A stretch of 64,000 nt of DNA from Okamejei kenojei (taxonomy: Eukaryota), in assembly GCA_035221665.1 (NCBI GenBank), contig CM069135.1, positions 23,808,001 to 23,872,000 of the forward strand, given 5' to 3'. The notes under the pieces are model-generated. The model had not been told where the DNA came from, did not search any database, and worked only from the letters and a program-made list of their open reading frames with translations. How positions within the stretch are numbered: position 1 is the stretch's first letter; every line of letters starts with the position of its first letter. Made by a program: the position numbers and the translations under genes. Shown here piece by piece: positions 35,886-47,709 of the stretch.

Positions 35886-38119
35886 GTGAGAGATATTTAA
35901 ATGAAACGTGGAGTTAGTCCTCTGATGCTTTGCAAACTGTATTACTATTATATATGGAAGCATTTTCCATTTTAAGCTGATATTATTTGGACAACCTGAT
36001 GGAAAATAATAGTCTGTTAACAATGCATGCAGTATTAACATACAAATTGAAAATATTTTGTTGCAGATAATCAATTATGAATCTTGCTGCTGGATTTCAC
36101 CTCTTGTTTTTAAGATAACATCTTGAATTTGTTGCCCTGTTGTAAAGGATTGGCTGGATTTGCAATTATTATTTATTATTAAATCGTTGAAAACATTAAC
36201 AACGTTTCTGACGGGCAATTAGGGCAGCAACAATTTTAAACCGTTCGATCTCATTTCCATATTTAGTAAATTATTTTTTAGACATTTTTTTAAAAATCGC
36301 ATTTTGTTTTACTCTTCTGCTTTTTAACATTCTCACTAAATTCAGTCTTTCCTTTTTTTAAAGACCTTTCTTTACCTGATTTGACTTTCACTCTCCATCA
36401 GCGGTGTATGGTCTTACTCTTCACTAGATTCCTAGATGCCCCATTGCCTGTTATTAACTCGCATTTTGCAGTGTGTTAAGCTGCAAAAAAATTCTGATTA
36501 TTTGAAGGAACTATTTAGACAAAATGGGCAAATGTGTTTTCAAGCAAAATTTGACCTCATAATAGATTTAGTTTTACTATTGTCACGTGTATCGCGATAC
36601 AGTGAAAAGCTTTTTTTATGCCATCCAAACAAATCCGATCTTCTTGCGTATGGCGTGCACAGCCTAAAGTTGTAGTTCAACTTGTTCTATTTCACCTTGT
36701 TTGTGCACGTCGGGTTGATTGCATTAGTCAAAACAGGGTGGACCTCGTGAAGGTTGCAATCCGATAATACTATGCATAAATAAATCAAGTCAACCTCAAG
36801 TACAGTAAGTAGAGCAAAGGGGGAGATACAGAGTGCAGAATATAGTTCTCAGCTTTGTAGCACATCACTTCCATTGGAATTAGTCCAATGTTCACAATGG
36901 GGTAGAAGTGAATTGGATAGACCTTAATTTATAGTCGGACCATTCTGATGCCTGATATCAGAGGGGAAGAAGTGGATCCTGAGTCTGGTGGTGTGCGCTT
37001 TCAAGATTCTTCGGGAGTGGGAGAAGAAGGAATGAAACGAGTCCTATTTACGATTTATAAATGCAGAGTTCAGCATGTGATAATCTGACGATGTATTAGC
37101 ATTAAGTAAACATCATTAATTGGCAATGGTATTTCTGGAAATAATTGAACTCTTATAGAAACCTTTCCGTGCCAGTCATGTTTCTGTTGATGTCAGATTT
37201 AAAGAAAAGCTGTGTACATTTTCCTATCTTAATTCCTATCTCAAGGGTCTGTTGGAACTCGAAGAAGTATTAAACAAAGTAAACTGAGTAAGCTTACTCT
37301 TAAATAACTTTCTCACATGGCCCTTCTTGACAAAGCGAAAATACCTTAATCCTGATTCAATTTTCTTGAATTTCGTTTCGAGTTCTGGGCCAGCACTGTG
37401 GAAATAATTTGGAGAGTAAGTGAAAGAAATTTACTAAAATTATGTCTGGTTTAGAGAGGTTTGCCTACATGTATAGACTGGAGAAGCTGAGGCTATTCTC
37501 TTTAGAGCAGACGTTTCAAAGATAAATAAATGTATTTAAAATTATGAAGGGTGCAGACAGATGCCGTTGTCATTGAAAGAACCAAGGGACATAGAATTAA
37601 AGTAATTGTCATAAAAAGGACAGAAAATATGGTTTTTGCAACCGGTAATTGAATTGTAGCATTAGGAAGGGAGCTGATAATTATTTGAGAGAAAAGAAGT
37701 GGCAACATTTTAGGAAGAGGGCAAAGGAGTGCAACTAGTAGACTGCCAGCTGGTATAGGCTCAACTGGCCATATGGTTTCCTTCCTAACTTGGCAGTTAG
37801 TGACATGTTTTCTGCTTACATAGGTGATTTAATGGTGTGGCTTGGTGAAATCCAGGTCTTAGAAAAGTAAAGTAAAAGTAGACTTTGCAATACTGCTTTT
37901 ATGAGGAGTTTGCAATGATACTTGTGCAAATTAAATTGATATGAATCCAGAGGCCTATGAAGGACTGCAGTCTCCAGGTGCTAAATAAGGATATTTAAGG
38001 AGTACCATTGGGTGCGTGTTTGGAAACTGGTAAACACTGCATAACACAAAATATAAGTTGTGCAATTTGAAGTGAAGAGAATGTCTATCATGAGCCGATA
38101 AATTTGTTTGTTCATATTT

Positions 38120-38692
38120 TACATGGGCATCAGCCAATCATCCTTGTCCCACCTGCAATTGGTCCAAAACGCCACAGCGAGACTCCTGACGGGCACCCGA
38201 AAAAGGGACCACATCACCCCGATTCTGGCCTCTCTCCACTGGCTCCCTGTGCGGTTCTGAATCAATTTCAAGCTCCTTCTTTATGTATACAAAGCCCCTA
38301 ACGGGCTTGTCCCCACCTACATCAAAAATCTGCTTACCCACCACACGACCTCCAGATCCCTCAGATCGGCCGACTTGGGGTTACTGACCATCCCGCGGTC
38401 TAGGCATAAGCTCAGGGGCGACCGCGCTTTTGTAGTTGTAGCTCCTAGATTATGGAACAGTATTCCTCTTCCCATCAGAACTGCCCTCCCCATTTTAAGT
38501 CTAGACTTAAAACTTATTTCTACTCTCAAGCTTTTCTTGAAGTCCTCTGAGGGAGCGCTGTGTGTATGTATCTCTGTATGTATTGTTGATCTATGTACCA
38601 CTGTTTGTAGCACGTTAGTACCTGCACCAATGTAAAGCACTTTGGTCAACGAGAGTTGTTTTTAAATGTGCTATAGAGATAAAATTGACTTG
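38120..38692 (+). mobile_element. L2-clade LINE 3' end
   Basis: HITPILASLHWLPV...RSLRSAD...GDRAFVVVAPRLWNSIP is typical of the L2 ORF2 C-terminus; tail ttgacttga. Confidence 0.8.
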
Positions 38693-41506
38693 ATATTTAT
38701 TATCTAATGTTGCAGTAGATTTTTGAATCACTTCCTAAACAGAGTGTTGACGCTGCTGGAGAGTTCAGAGGAATCTTAAAGACCCTTTGTGATTGTTGAG
38801 CTAGACAACATTGTTAGTTCAAAAATGATAATACTTAATAGAACATGGCTACCAATTACTTTCAAGTACAGGGATAGCATTCATCTTTGAGCTTTTTATA
38901 CCATTCAGTTAGAAGGAAACCTGTATCTTAATCCCTTTTACCTGGATTTAATGCTATTGCTGTTTCAGTCTTGAAAAAAAAAATTTCCGTTGAAAGAATG
39001 CTTCCAGTTTCCCTCCCAAATGGCCTAATTCTTAAGTTGTGCCCATTTTCAGAATCCTCAGCGGTGCTCTTCATTTTTTCTATCTTTTATCATTTTCCCA
39101 TCCGCAAAATTTGTAAGATTTTTTTCATTTATTTTTCCAGTGTTTCTTTAATTTCTGAATAAGCCAAGGACTTTTGCTGCAACACATTTTTTAAGGATTA
39201 TGTCTAATCTGTAACCTCAAGTTTCCATGGACTCATTTATTTCATTTCCCAGGCTATTTTTCCTTTCCTATCTTATTGATATAGTTATTTCTAGCATGTA
39301 ATTTTTTCCCCCAAATATTTTTTCTTTAATAATTGTTACTTTCAATACTTAATATTCATCCCCAGCAAAGATATTTTTGTATAGATATCCCAGAAACTAG
39401 TCTTCCTTTTCCCCTCAACCTGTAATAGCAGATTCCACACTTTCGCTACTTTATGAGTACTGAAGGTTTTATGAATAATTTTTGATTTCTTTATAATCAT
39501 GACAGTCACTAGTATTTCTCATCTCTGCACAAAGAAACACTTACTCTGTCTCGACTATGAAAAACTTACATGCTAACTTTAAAGAACTCTACCAGCCAGC
39601 CTCGGCTTTCTTTTTTCAATCCTTTGTATTTATGGCTCCAATCTTATGGATCGTTTTTGCACTTTCTCCAGTGGCTCTATGTCCTAGTTCCACTAATGGT
39701 GCAGAACCAAATTTCTGCAGAAACCAATTTTTTTTTTGGAACCATTTGAGGTTCAAATGTATTGATTTGTATTGTAGAGAGTTTTACACTGAAAGAGTGA
39801 TCTTATCAATAATCTATTGCTAGGCAGTAGAACTGATTGTTGTTGATTTAAAAGGTACTAACTTTGAAAGTACCTTCACATAAAATTCCCCTTTTTGATA
39901 ATCTGCATTGACATTCCTAAGTGGTGACAGAATTGGGAAGTTGGAATGTCCTATATTTTAAAAAATCATCTTCCAGAAACGTTTTCTTATTTCCACAAAT
40001 AATGGTTGCCACACAACCTCAGATTCCTTGGTGGAAAATAAGTGGTTCCGAAATTTGTTTCTGGGTTTCTCATCGGGCGAAATAGGCTGGATTGAGCAAC
40101 CCAAGTTGGTCAAAGTGACAGTTGCAGTGTTCAGAACCAGAGCAAGTGAGACTCAGTTCTGGGAAGAGAAAATATTCACATTTGAAAAAGATTCTCTGGA
40201 AAGTTTTTTAAGTTGCAAGAGACCTGGGAATGATGCTAAATTCAGCACAGACTTTGTATAGTCAAAACCAGAGCTGCAGTTAACTAATGAAAAAAACCCC
40301 TAAATTTACATAAGATTGCATGATCTTTGGAATGTATCAAAACACTTTCAGCATTCAATAGGATCTTGGGCATTATGTGGACAGAAATGTAAGGAATCAA
40401 ATTAAATTCTGAACTGCATTGCCAAATTGGTGGCATATACAGTTGTTCCTCGATTTGCAAAAATGATGTGTTCCTGGAAAACATGTCATCAAGAGAGTAT
40501 ATCTTATTTTATCAGTGTATTTCAATGGGCAGAGAATAGTATGTTACATAGTATAGCAAAAAAAATTGTGAATCAGAACACACACCTCCAAATATGCTAT
40601 TACAAAAGAATTGTAAATGAAACATTCATAACGTAGTTATACCAGTATCACACAACTGAGTTTATCAGATTTAATTCATTAGGCTGTTCAGGTTATAACT
40701 TACATTTATGTGTCCACTTCTGGTCACTGAAGCAGAAGAGAGAGATTTGAGAGCTCGAAAAAAATGCAGAGAAGGGCAGCGAAGTTGATCCATATTCCAA
40801 CAATTGGTTATGTGAAAAAGAAACATCAGCTTATATGAAGTATCTTTGTATATAGCTAATTTATTTGCATAGCATACTGAATGGAATAAAGAGGATTCAT
40901 CTTGAGCAATATTTCAAAGGCAAGAGGATCCAGATATAAGCTGGTAAAAGTTCCAGGCTGAACTCGAGAAGCAATTTTTAAACCGTGATATTACAAGGAA
41001 TGCTGTCAGGATAAGGAAGTGGCAAAAACATAAGGCATGAATGGTATTTTAGATTTTTATGAATGAGTAGGGTGGGTGCTCTTTTAATTTCAAAGCAAAG
41101 ATGATATATGTAAACTAATAGAGCTAGATAGGCATTGTAATTGGTTGTGATCTTCTGATAGTTTCACTTATAATGCACAAATAACAATTTTTGTAGCAAA
41201 ATGTGGTCATGTTGCTTTGGAGATACTGTGAGATTCTCTTTTGTTCCAATATATAATAAAGGATGGGAAGGCCAATTCCACTTGTGTATAAATGAAAACA
41301 AAATTATGCCTTGAGTGAGACCCCGAGTTGAATGTGACAGTCACTTTTGTGTACACATACTTATTATTTTTTCCGTGGAGCCTGCTGCTAAATGTGTTAA
41401 ATGTTAAAATAACTGATGTGAAAAATTGTGATTTTATGATTGTAGAAAATATGATGCTGCTTAAGATGAAGTATGTTTTTTAATATCTGCATTTGATCCT
41501 TTGTAG

Positions 41507-41657
41507 GACATGGTAGTGCGAGCTCTCAAGCAGACCAACAGTCGTAGTATAGAGGCTGCTATTGAATACATCAGTAAGATGAGTTACCAGGATACCAGGC
41601 GAGAGCAGATGGTCGCTGCAGCTGCAAGACCAGTGAATGCAAGCATGAAGGCATCAG
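41507..41657 (+). CDS. LATS1: LATS1 exon (UBA domain part)
   Basis: DMVVRALKQTNSRSIEAAIEYISKMSYQDTRREQMVAAAARPVNASMKAS. tag acceptor, gtatgc donor, 151 nt. Confidence 0.95.
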
Positions 41658-42291
41658 GTATGCATCGCTGAAGTCTTAGATGACCCCTAAGTGCTAAGAT
41701 ATCATTCAAGTCTCATTCTATTGTTCACAGTCTGGGCTGTTGTTTTTGTTGCAGCAACATAATCCATTTATATGTGTCTAGTTTTGGGTTAATTTAAGTG
41801 GTTGCTCTGATTAGGACTTGTTAAAATTTCTTTTCTGTTGTAGGGATATTTAATGCATTCCTGTTTTTTTAAAACAAAATCTTATTTAATCTCGCAGGCT
41901 ATTGTAGGAATGGTGCGTTTGTTTGGCTACAGATGTACGGATCACTGCAGCTTTGAGCAAATTGTCAGCTGTTCACTGTAGTTTACATAGTGCTACATAG
42001 TGTGCACAACAGCTAGTTATTTTTTAATCATTTAATATATTTGTGATATTCCTGTGCTTCAACTGCACATATACTACATGAACATCATATTATCAGAGAC
42101 CTGGAAAACGTATTATGAAGAGCAATCAATCTAGTTTAAAGAATGTTACTAGTATTCAGCTACTGAATCTGCTGGAACAGTCAAAGATATTTTCTGTCTT
42201 TTCAGTTAAATTGAGAAATAATAACAATTATTGCTATATCTAAATGACTGAAAGTACTATAGTTTTATGTTTCTGTCATATTTCCTAACAG

Positions 42292-43874
42292 GATCCAATG
42301 CCGTTCAGCAAACAGTAAATAGGAGACCAAGTTGGAAGGGTTCAAAAGAATCGTTGGTTGCACAGCGCCATGGTCCATCGTTGATGGAGGGCATGGGATA
42401 TCGTGCAGAAAGCCCTATCTCTCAGTTAGAAATGGGTCGGCCACTGTCTTCAAGTTCGGGAATGACTGCGTATACTCAGAATCATCCTGGGAATGGACAG
42501 GGGTCTTTGGGAGCAGTGAACTCTCAGAGAGCAAATCCCGCACCACTTCCAGTGAGAAGTGTAACTCCACCTCCACCTCCCCCTAGAGGGCAGACTCCTC
42601 CCCCACGTGGCACCACTCCTCCCCCAGCCTCATGGGAGGGGAGCCAGCAACCAAAACGGTTCTCTGGAAACATGGAGTACATGATCACGCGAATATCTCC
42701 AGTGCCGCAAGGAGCCTGGCAGGACGGATTCCCACCCTCCAACCATGGTGCTGCCTCTATGATGAATCCTCCACCCCAAGGCCAGCGAGGAATAAGTCCC
42801 ATTCCACTTGGTAGACAACCTATAATTATGCAAAACACCACCTCTACTAAATACAATTACCCTACAGGCAGAACGGGACATCAGAATGGATCTGCACAGG
42901 CAGATGGACCCATGGGTGGACACTTTGTGCCTCATCAAAATGTGATGGGTGGGAATCCAGTGAGTCGTCAGCCACCTCCTTACCCTCATTCTCAGGCTAG
43001 TCGGCAAAGCCCAAGTGCCTTACAAATGCAAGCAGGGGGGGCTGCTGCTTCCACCTACAGCAGTAACTTGAATGGGAATGTTTCGCAGTCTGTCATGGTG
43101 CCAAACAGAAACAGCCAGAACCTGGATCTTTATAACATCAGCGTGGCTGGGATGGCATCTTCTTGGCCACAGCCACCTCCAACTCAGCCCCAGTCTGTGG
43201 CTTGCACTCCAGAGACGACTATCTGGCATCCTCCACAAAATATGAATGCACCTGTAAGATCCAATTCGTTCAATAATCACCTTTTATCCAGCCGACAGGC
43301 TCATTCCAACTCACAACAATCTGCTACCACTGTTACTGCCATTACGCCTGCACCCATTCTGCAGCCTGTGAAAAGCACTCGTGTACAGAAACCTGAACTG
43401 CAGACTGCACTTGCCCCCACTCACCCTCCCTGGATGCAGCAGGCTGCTCCTGTTCCCGAGGTTTCTAGTTTGGGTGAAGCTCCAAGTTATCAGCCTCCAC
43501 CTCCACCATATCCAAAGCACTTGCTTCAGCAGAATCAGCCTGCACCACCTTATGATTCCATAGCTAAAGTCAGCAATGAGCAGACAGCAAAACCTTCCAC
43601 TTTATTTTCGCATAGTTTAGAAGAGGATGAGCCTGAGAAGGTCATTGAATATGGGGAACGGCTTGATGCTACAGAGAAGGAAAAGAAACAGATTACAACA
43701 TCGCCTGTCCCTGTGCGAAAAAACAAAAAGGATGAGGAGCGTAGAGAGTCACAAGTTCAGCTTTACTCCTCGCAGGCATTCAAATTCTTCATGGAACAAC
43801 ATGTGGAGAATGTGCTCAAGTCTCATCAGCAGAGGTTGCATCGCAAAAAACAACTCGAGAACGAAATGTCGAGG
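42292..43874 (+). CDS. LATS1: LATS1 large exon (proline stretch, PPxY motifs)
   Basis: Contains SWKGSKESL, RSVTPPPPPPRGQTPPPRGTTPPP, QPPPYP, PPPPYPKHLL and AFKFFMEQHVENVLKSHQQR. cag acceptor, gtaagc donor, 1583 nt. Confidence 0.97.
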
Positions 43875-45825
43875 GTAAGCAATGTACTCTTTCTGATGTC
43901 AGCATAAAACTTATTTCATTTGTTGCCAATGTCCTGGCAGGACATTGATTTGTAGCCAATGTCCTGGCAACCAACAGGGTCAATGGTGAAGCAGCTGTGT
44001 TGCTTACTCATTCATGTTATTTTTTTTCCAGCTTTTGTAAGGCATTGACCCAATCGCAAACATTGACCGATAAAAGCTAATTAGTCCCAGGTCTGAGAAA
44101 CTAGTAAGAAACTAAAATGTTTATACATATATGTTCCCCAGCAGAGATCTGAGGAGAGAATTCTAGCTGTCACCTTCTGATGGGTGGATCAATTGATTTG
44201 GTCTATGGTGGATCTAAACATTCCCCAGATACTGCTTGAAGAAGAACAGTGGATTTTATTCCTGGTGTTATGATATGAAATTGTAACGGGTTATCTGATT
44301 GCTATATAATTATTGCTTGTGGAATCTGATTATAATATTTTCTACAACAGTGACTACAAATTAATTTTGTGGCTGTAATATGCTTTGGGATATATCCTGA
44401 TGTTTTGTAAAATGCTTTGTAAACGTAGTTCATTCTTTTTATCATTTTATTTCACACGAAGGTGCAAGGGAGATAAAACTTGCCAGAGTATTAAATATAC
44501 ATGTTTTTCTTTTTGAAGTACATGACACACAAGGAAGGATATCTGTAACTATTAATCCATTCCTGTCTTCCTTTAATGGATTTGAACTCTAATGTGGAAT
44601 GTTAAACATTTCTCACTTATGTGATGAAACAATGGGGCTAACCGGAAAAGCTGTTTTTGCAGGAACTGGATCTCTGCATTCACAGTCACAGTTATTCACT
44701 ACCATGAGTCAGTTGTCGGGCTAGTAAACTGGAGATCTAGATTCTCACGTCAGTGATACAAATTCAGATTACACCATGGCTGCAGGGATATATAAATTGA
44801 GTTAATTAAATGATCTGAAATTATTTTTAAAAATCAAGCTATAGCAACATGATCCTGAAACTACAAAACTATTGTGAAACAAATAACATTTCATTAATAT
44901 CCTTCAAAGCGAAAATGTGCTTCTCCTACCTGTCCAGCCTTTATCTGACTCCAGACTGTAAAGAATGTACTTGACATTTGTTTTTCCTCTGAAGATAATG
45001 TTGTATTAAAACTACTATATTGGAACATAATGCAGACAAACCTGAATTGATCACCCTGCATCTTGGTGATCAATTGGTCCTGGATTTATTGCTCCCTGCA
45101 AACCTCAAAAATACATCAGCTGGTTTGACCCACCAGAGTTGTTGGCACAGTGACATATAGGTGGGCAGGACCGACCCTGGTAGTCTTCAAAATTGTAGTG
45201 TCAAAGAAGAGACCCGTTTCCTCCACCTCATGAACCAGTACTCCTCCAGGTTGAATGATGGTTGTGAGAAACACTGAGACTAGTAAGGATGTAAGTGGGA
45301 GAGAGATTTCAGTGCCCATCACAATGTCTCATGTCAGAGATTAGATAGTGCTTTGTTCTATCCATCTCTCCCCCACCTTCTCTGCAACTTAAAATTAAGT
45401 TGTTTTCTCTCTTCTCCAGTTTTGACAAAGGGTCTTCAACCGAAAGTATTAGCTTTTTCTCTTTCCACAGTTGCTGTCTGGCCTGCTGGTGTTTTCCAAG
45501 ATTATGTGTGGGGCCATAGGAAAACAACTTAAGCCTATATCCACTTTGCTATAAGATCAGAATGTATTTGCTTTCACAAGAAAAGAATCATTAATTTAGT
45601 TAAAGGAAATCAGGCAAATTATCTGGGATGTAATGAATTCTCAACAGTGCTACTCTGTTATGCACAGACTGAAAAAATGGTGGCAGTAAGTTCGACCCGA
45701 AACGTCGCCTATCTCCTTCGCTCCTTAGATGCTGCTGCACCCGCTGAGTTTCTCCAGCCTTTTGTGTACCCTCCTTAGTAACCTAAAAAGGATATACTTA
45801 TAAAAAGACAAACCTGCAAGGCGAG

Positions 45826-45920
45826 AACACAAAAAGCTAGAGTAACTCAGTGGGACAGGCAGCATCTCTGGAGAGAAGGAATGGGTGAAGTTTCAGGTCG
45901 AGACCCTTCTTCAGACTGAG
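45826..45920 (-). repeat. Penelope terminal-repeat copy with hammerhead-like core
   Basis: Minus strand 45914-45887 reads CTGAAGA AGGGTCTCGACCT GAAACTTC, followed by acccattccttctctccagagatgctgcctgtcccactgagttactc. Confidence 0.7.
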
Positions 45921-47126
45921 GAGCCAAGAGCAATGGATATTTTTTTCCCCGGGAAGTGTCAGCATAAACATGACCCTTCAAATTACAAAATCATGTGCTG
46001 TGAGGTTCATTGCAGTTAGCCTGAGCCTGAGAAGCAGGAGTAAGTCATCTAGCTCTTTGTGCCTACTCCACCATTCAATAAGACCAGGTCTGATCTTTTA
46101 TTTTAGTGCTAATTTCTTGAAGCATCTTGATATCCCTCGATTCCCTTAATATCTAAGAATTTATGAATCTCTGTCTTGATTACTCAATTATTCAGCTACC
46201 ATAACCCTCTGGGATAGAAAGTTACAAGAGGTCATTTGCCTGTGCTCATCTTATTCCTGAATGGTTGTCCCCTTATTTTAGTGATTCCTGGTTCTAGACA
46301 CCCTCTCCACAGGAAACATTCTGCATCTACCCTTTCAAATCTCACAAGAATATATGCTTCCTAGATGTACTATTTCTGTAAATACATATTGTTACTGGGT
46401 CTCCATTCTTATTCCATGTTCTGTGAAGTTTATTTTATTGGGTGGAGGATGTTGATTGACTATTTGGTATTTCCTGCCAAATCAAACGAAAATAATTGCA
46501 AAAAAACTTTGTCTGACCATAGTTAATAGTCCCATCTCTGGTTTATGCTCTAAAAGAGAACTTCTCAAGAAATGTAATCGTTAAGAAGTGTAGTTACATC
46601 ATTGTAAGAATTGCAGTTGTTCATGTACAAACAGAAAGCTTCCCCAGACAGCAGAGGGATTGTGATGTGTTGCGGGAAAGTTCCTGTAGATTAACATATG
46701 GACAAATATAAACTGTAAAAATAAGGACAAAATTAATGTTAAATTATGACTGAAATACATACATACACACTTCATCGTGTTACCACCCACACCCAATCTT
46801 ACTTGACTTAAAAGACTATTCTCAGTCGTGGCTTGATGTTTATAACACAGCACATTGTTAATCAGGAGATTTATTATTGCTTGTATGACTAGAAACACTC
46901 AGAACCTACAGAAGATCTCAGACCTGGAAAATTAACTTTTGTTTCTCATTCCACAAATGCTGAGTATTTACACCATTTCTGTTTTCATTACAGATCTACA
47001 TTTTTCTTGGTACATTTTCATTTAATATTGCTTTTCTGTCCTCATTATTCTCTGCAATCAGTGATTGCAACCAAAAGGTTTTGTTGTTAAAAAAAAAATG
47101 TCTGCCTTTGCTTTATTCAATTATAG

Positions 47127-47709
47127 GTTGGATTGTCAAAAGATGCCCAAGACCAGATGCGCAAGATGTTGTGCCAGAAAGAGTCTAATTATATTCGCTT
47201 AAAAAGGGCGAAGATGGATAAGTCTATGTTTGTAAAGATCAAGACCTTGGGGATAGGTGCGTTTGGAGAAGTCTGTCTAGCTCGGAAAGTAGATACCAAT
47301 GCGTTGTATGCCATGAAGACGCTGAGGAAGAAAGATGTGTTGCTGCGAAATCAAGTTGCTCATGTGAAAGCTGAGCGGGACATCTTGGCAGAAGCTGACA
47401 ATGAGTGGGTGGTTCGACTCTACTATTCATTCCAGGATCGAGACAACCTTTACTTTGTGATGGACTACATTCCAGGAGGAGACATGATGAGCCTCCTTAT
47501 AAGAATGGGCATTTTCCCAGAACCTTTAGCACAATTCTACATTGCTGAACTGACCTGTGCTGTGGAAAGTGTCCACAAAATGGGCTTCATTCACAGGGAC
47601 ATTAAGCCAGATAACATCCTGATTGATCGAGATGGCCACATAAAACTGACTGACTTTGGGCTGTGCACAGGTTTTCGATGGACCCATGATTCCAAATATT
47701 ACCAAAGCG
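47127..47709 (+). CDS. LATS1: LATS1 exon (MOB-binding region and kinase N-lobe)
   Basis: Contains LGIGAFGEV, HRDIKPDN and DFGLCTGFRWTHDSKYYQS. tag acceptor, gtaagt donor, 583 nt. Confidence 0.97.

Noticed and set aside
36640-36757. Possible HDV-like ribozyme fold
   Set aside because: The P1-like stem is not followed by the GG of P1.1, and no P2/P3 pseudoknot could be assigned by eye.
42332-43878. Alternative-frame and antisense ORFs within the LATS1 large exon
   Set aside because: They are short and expected by chance in a long coding exon.
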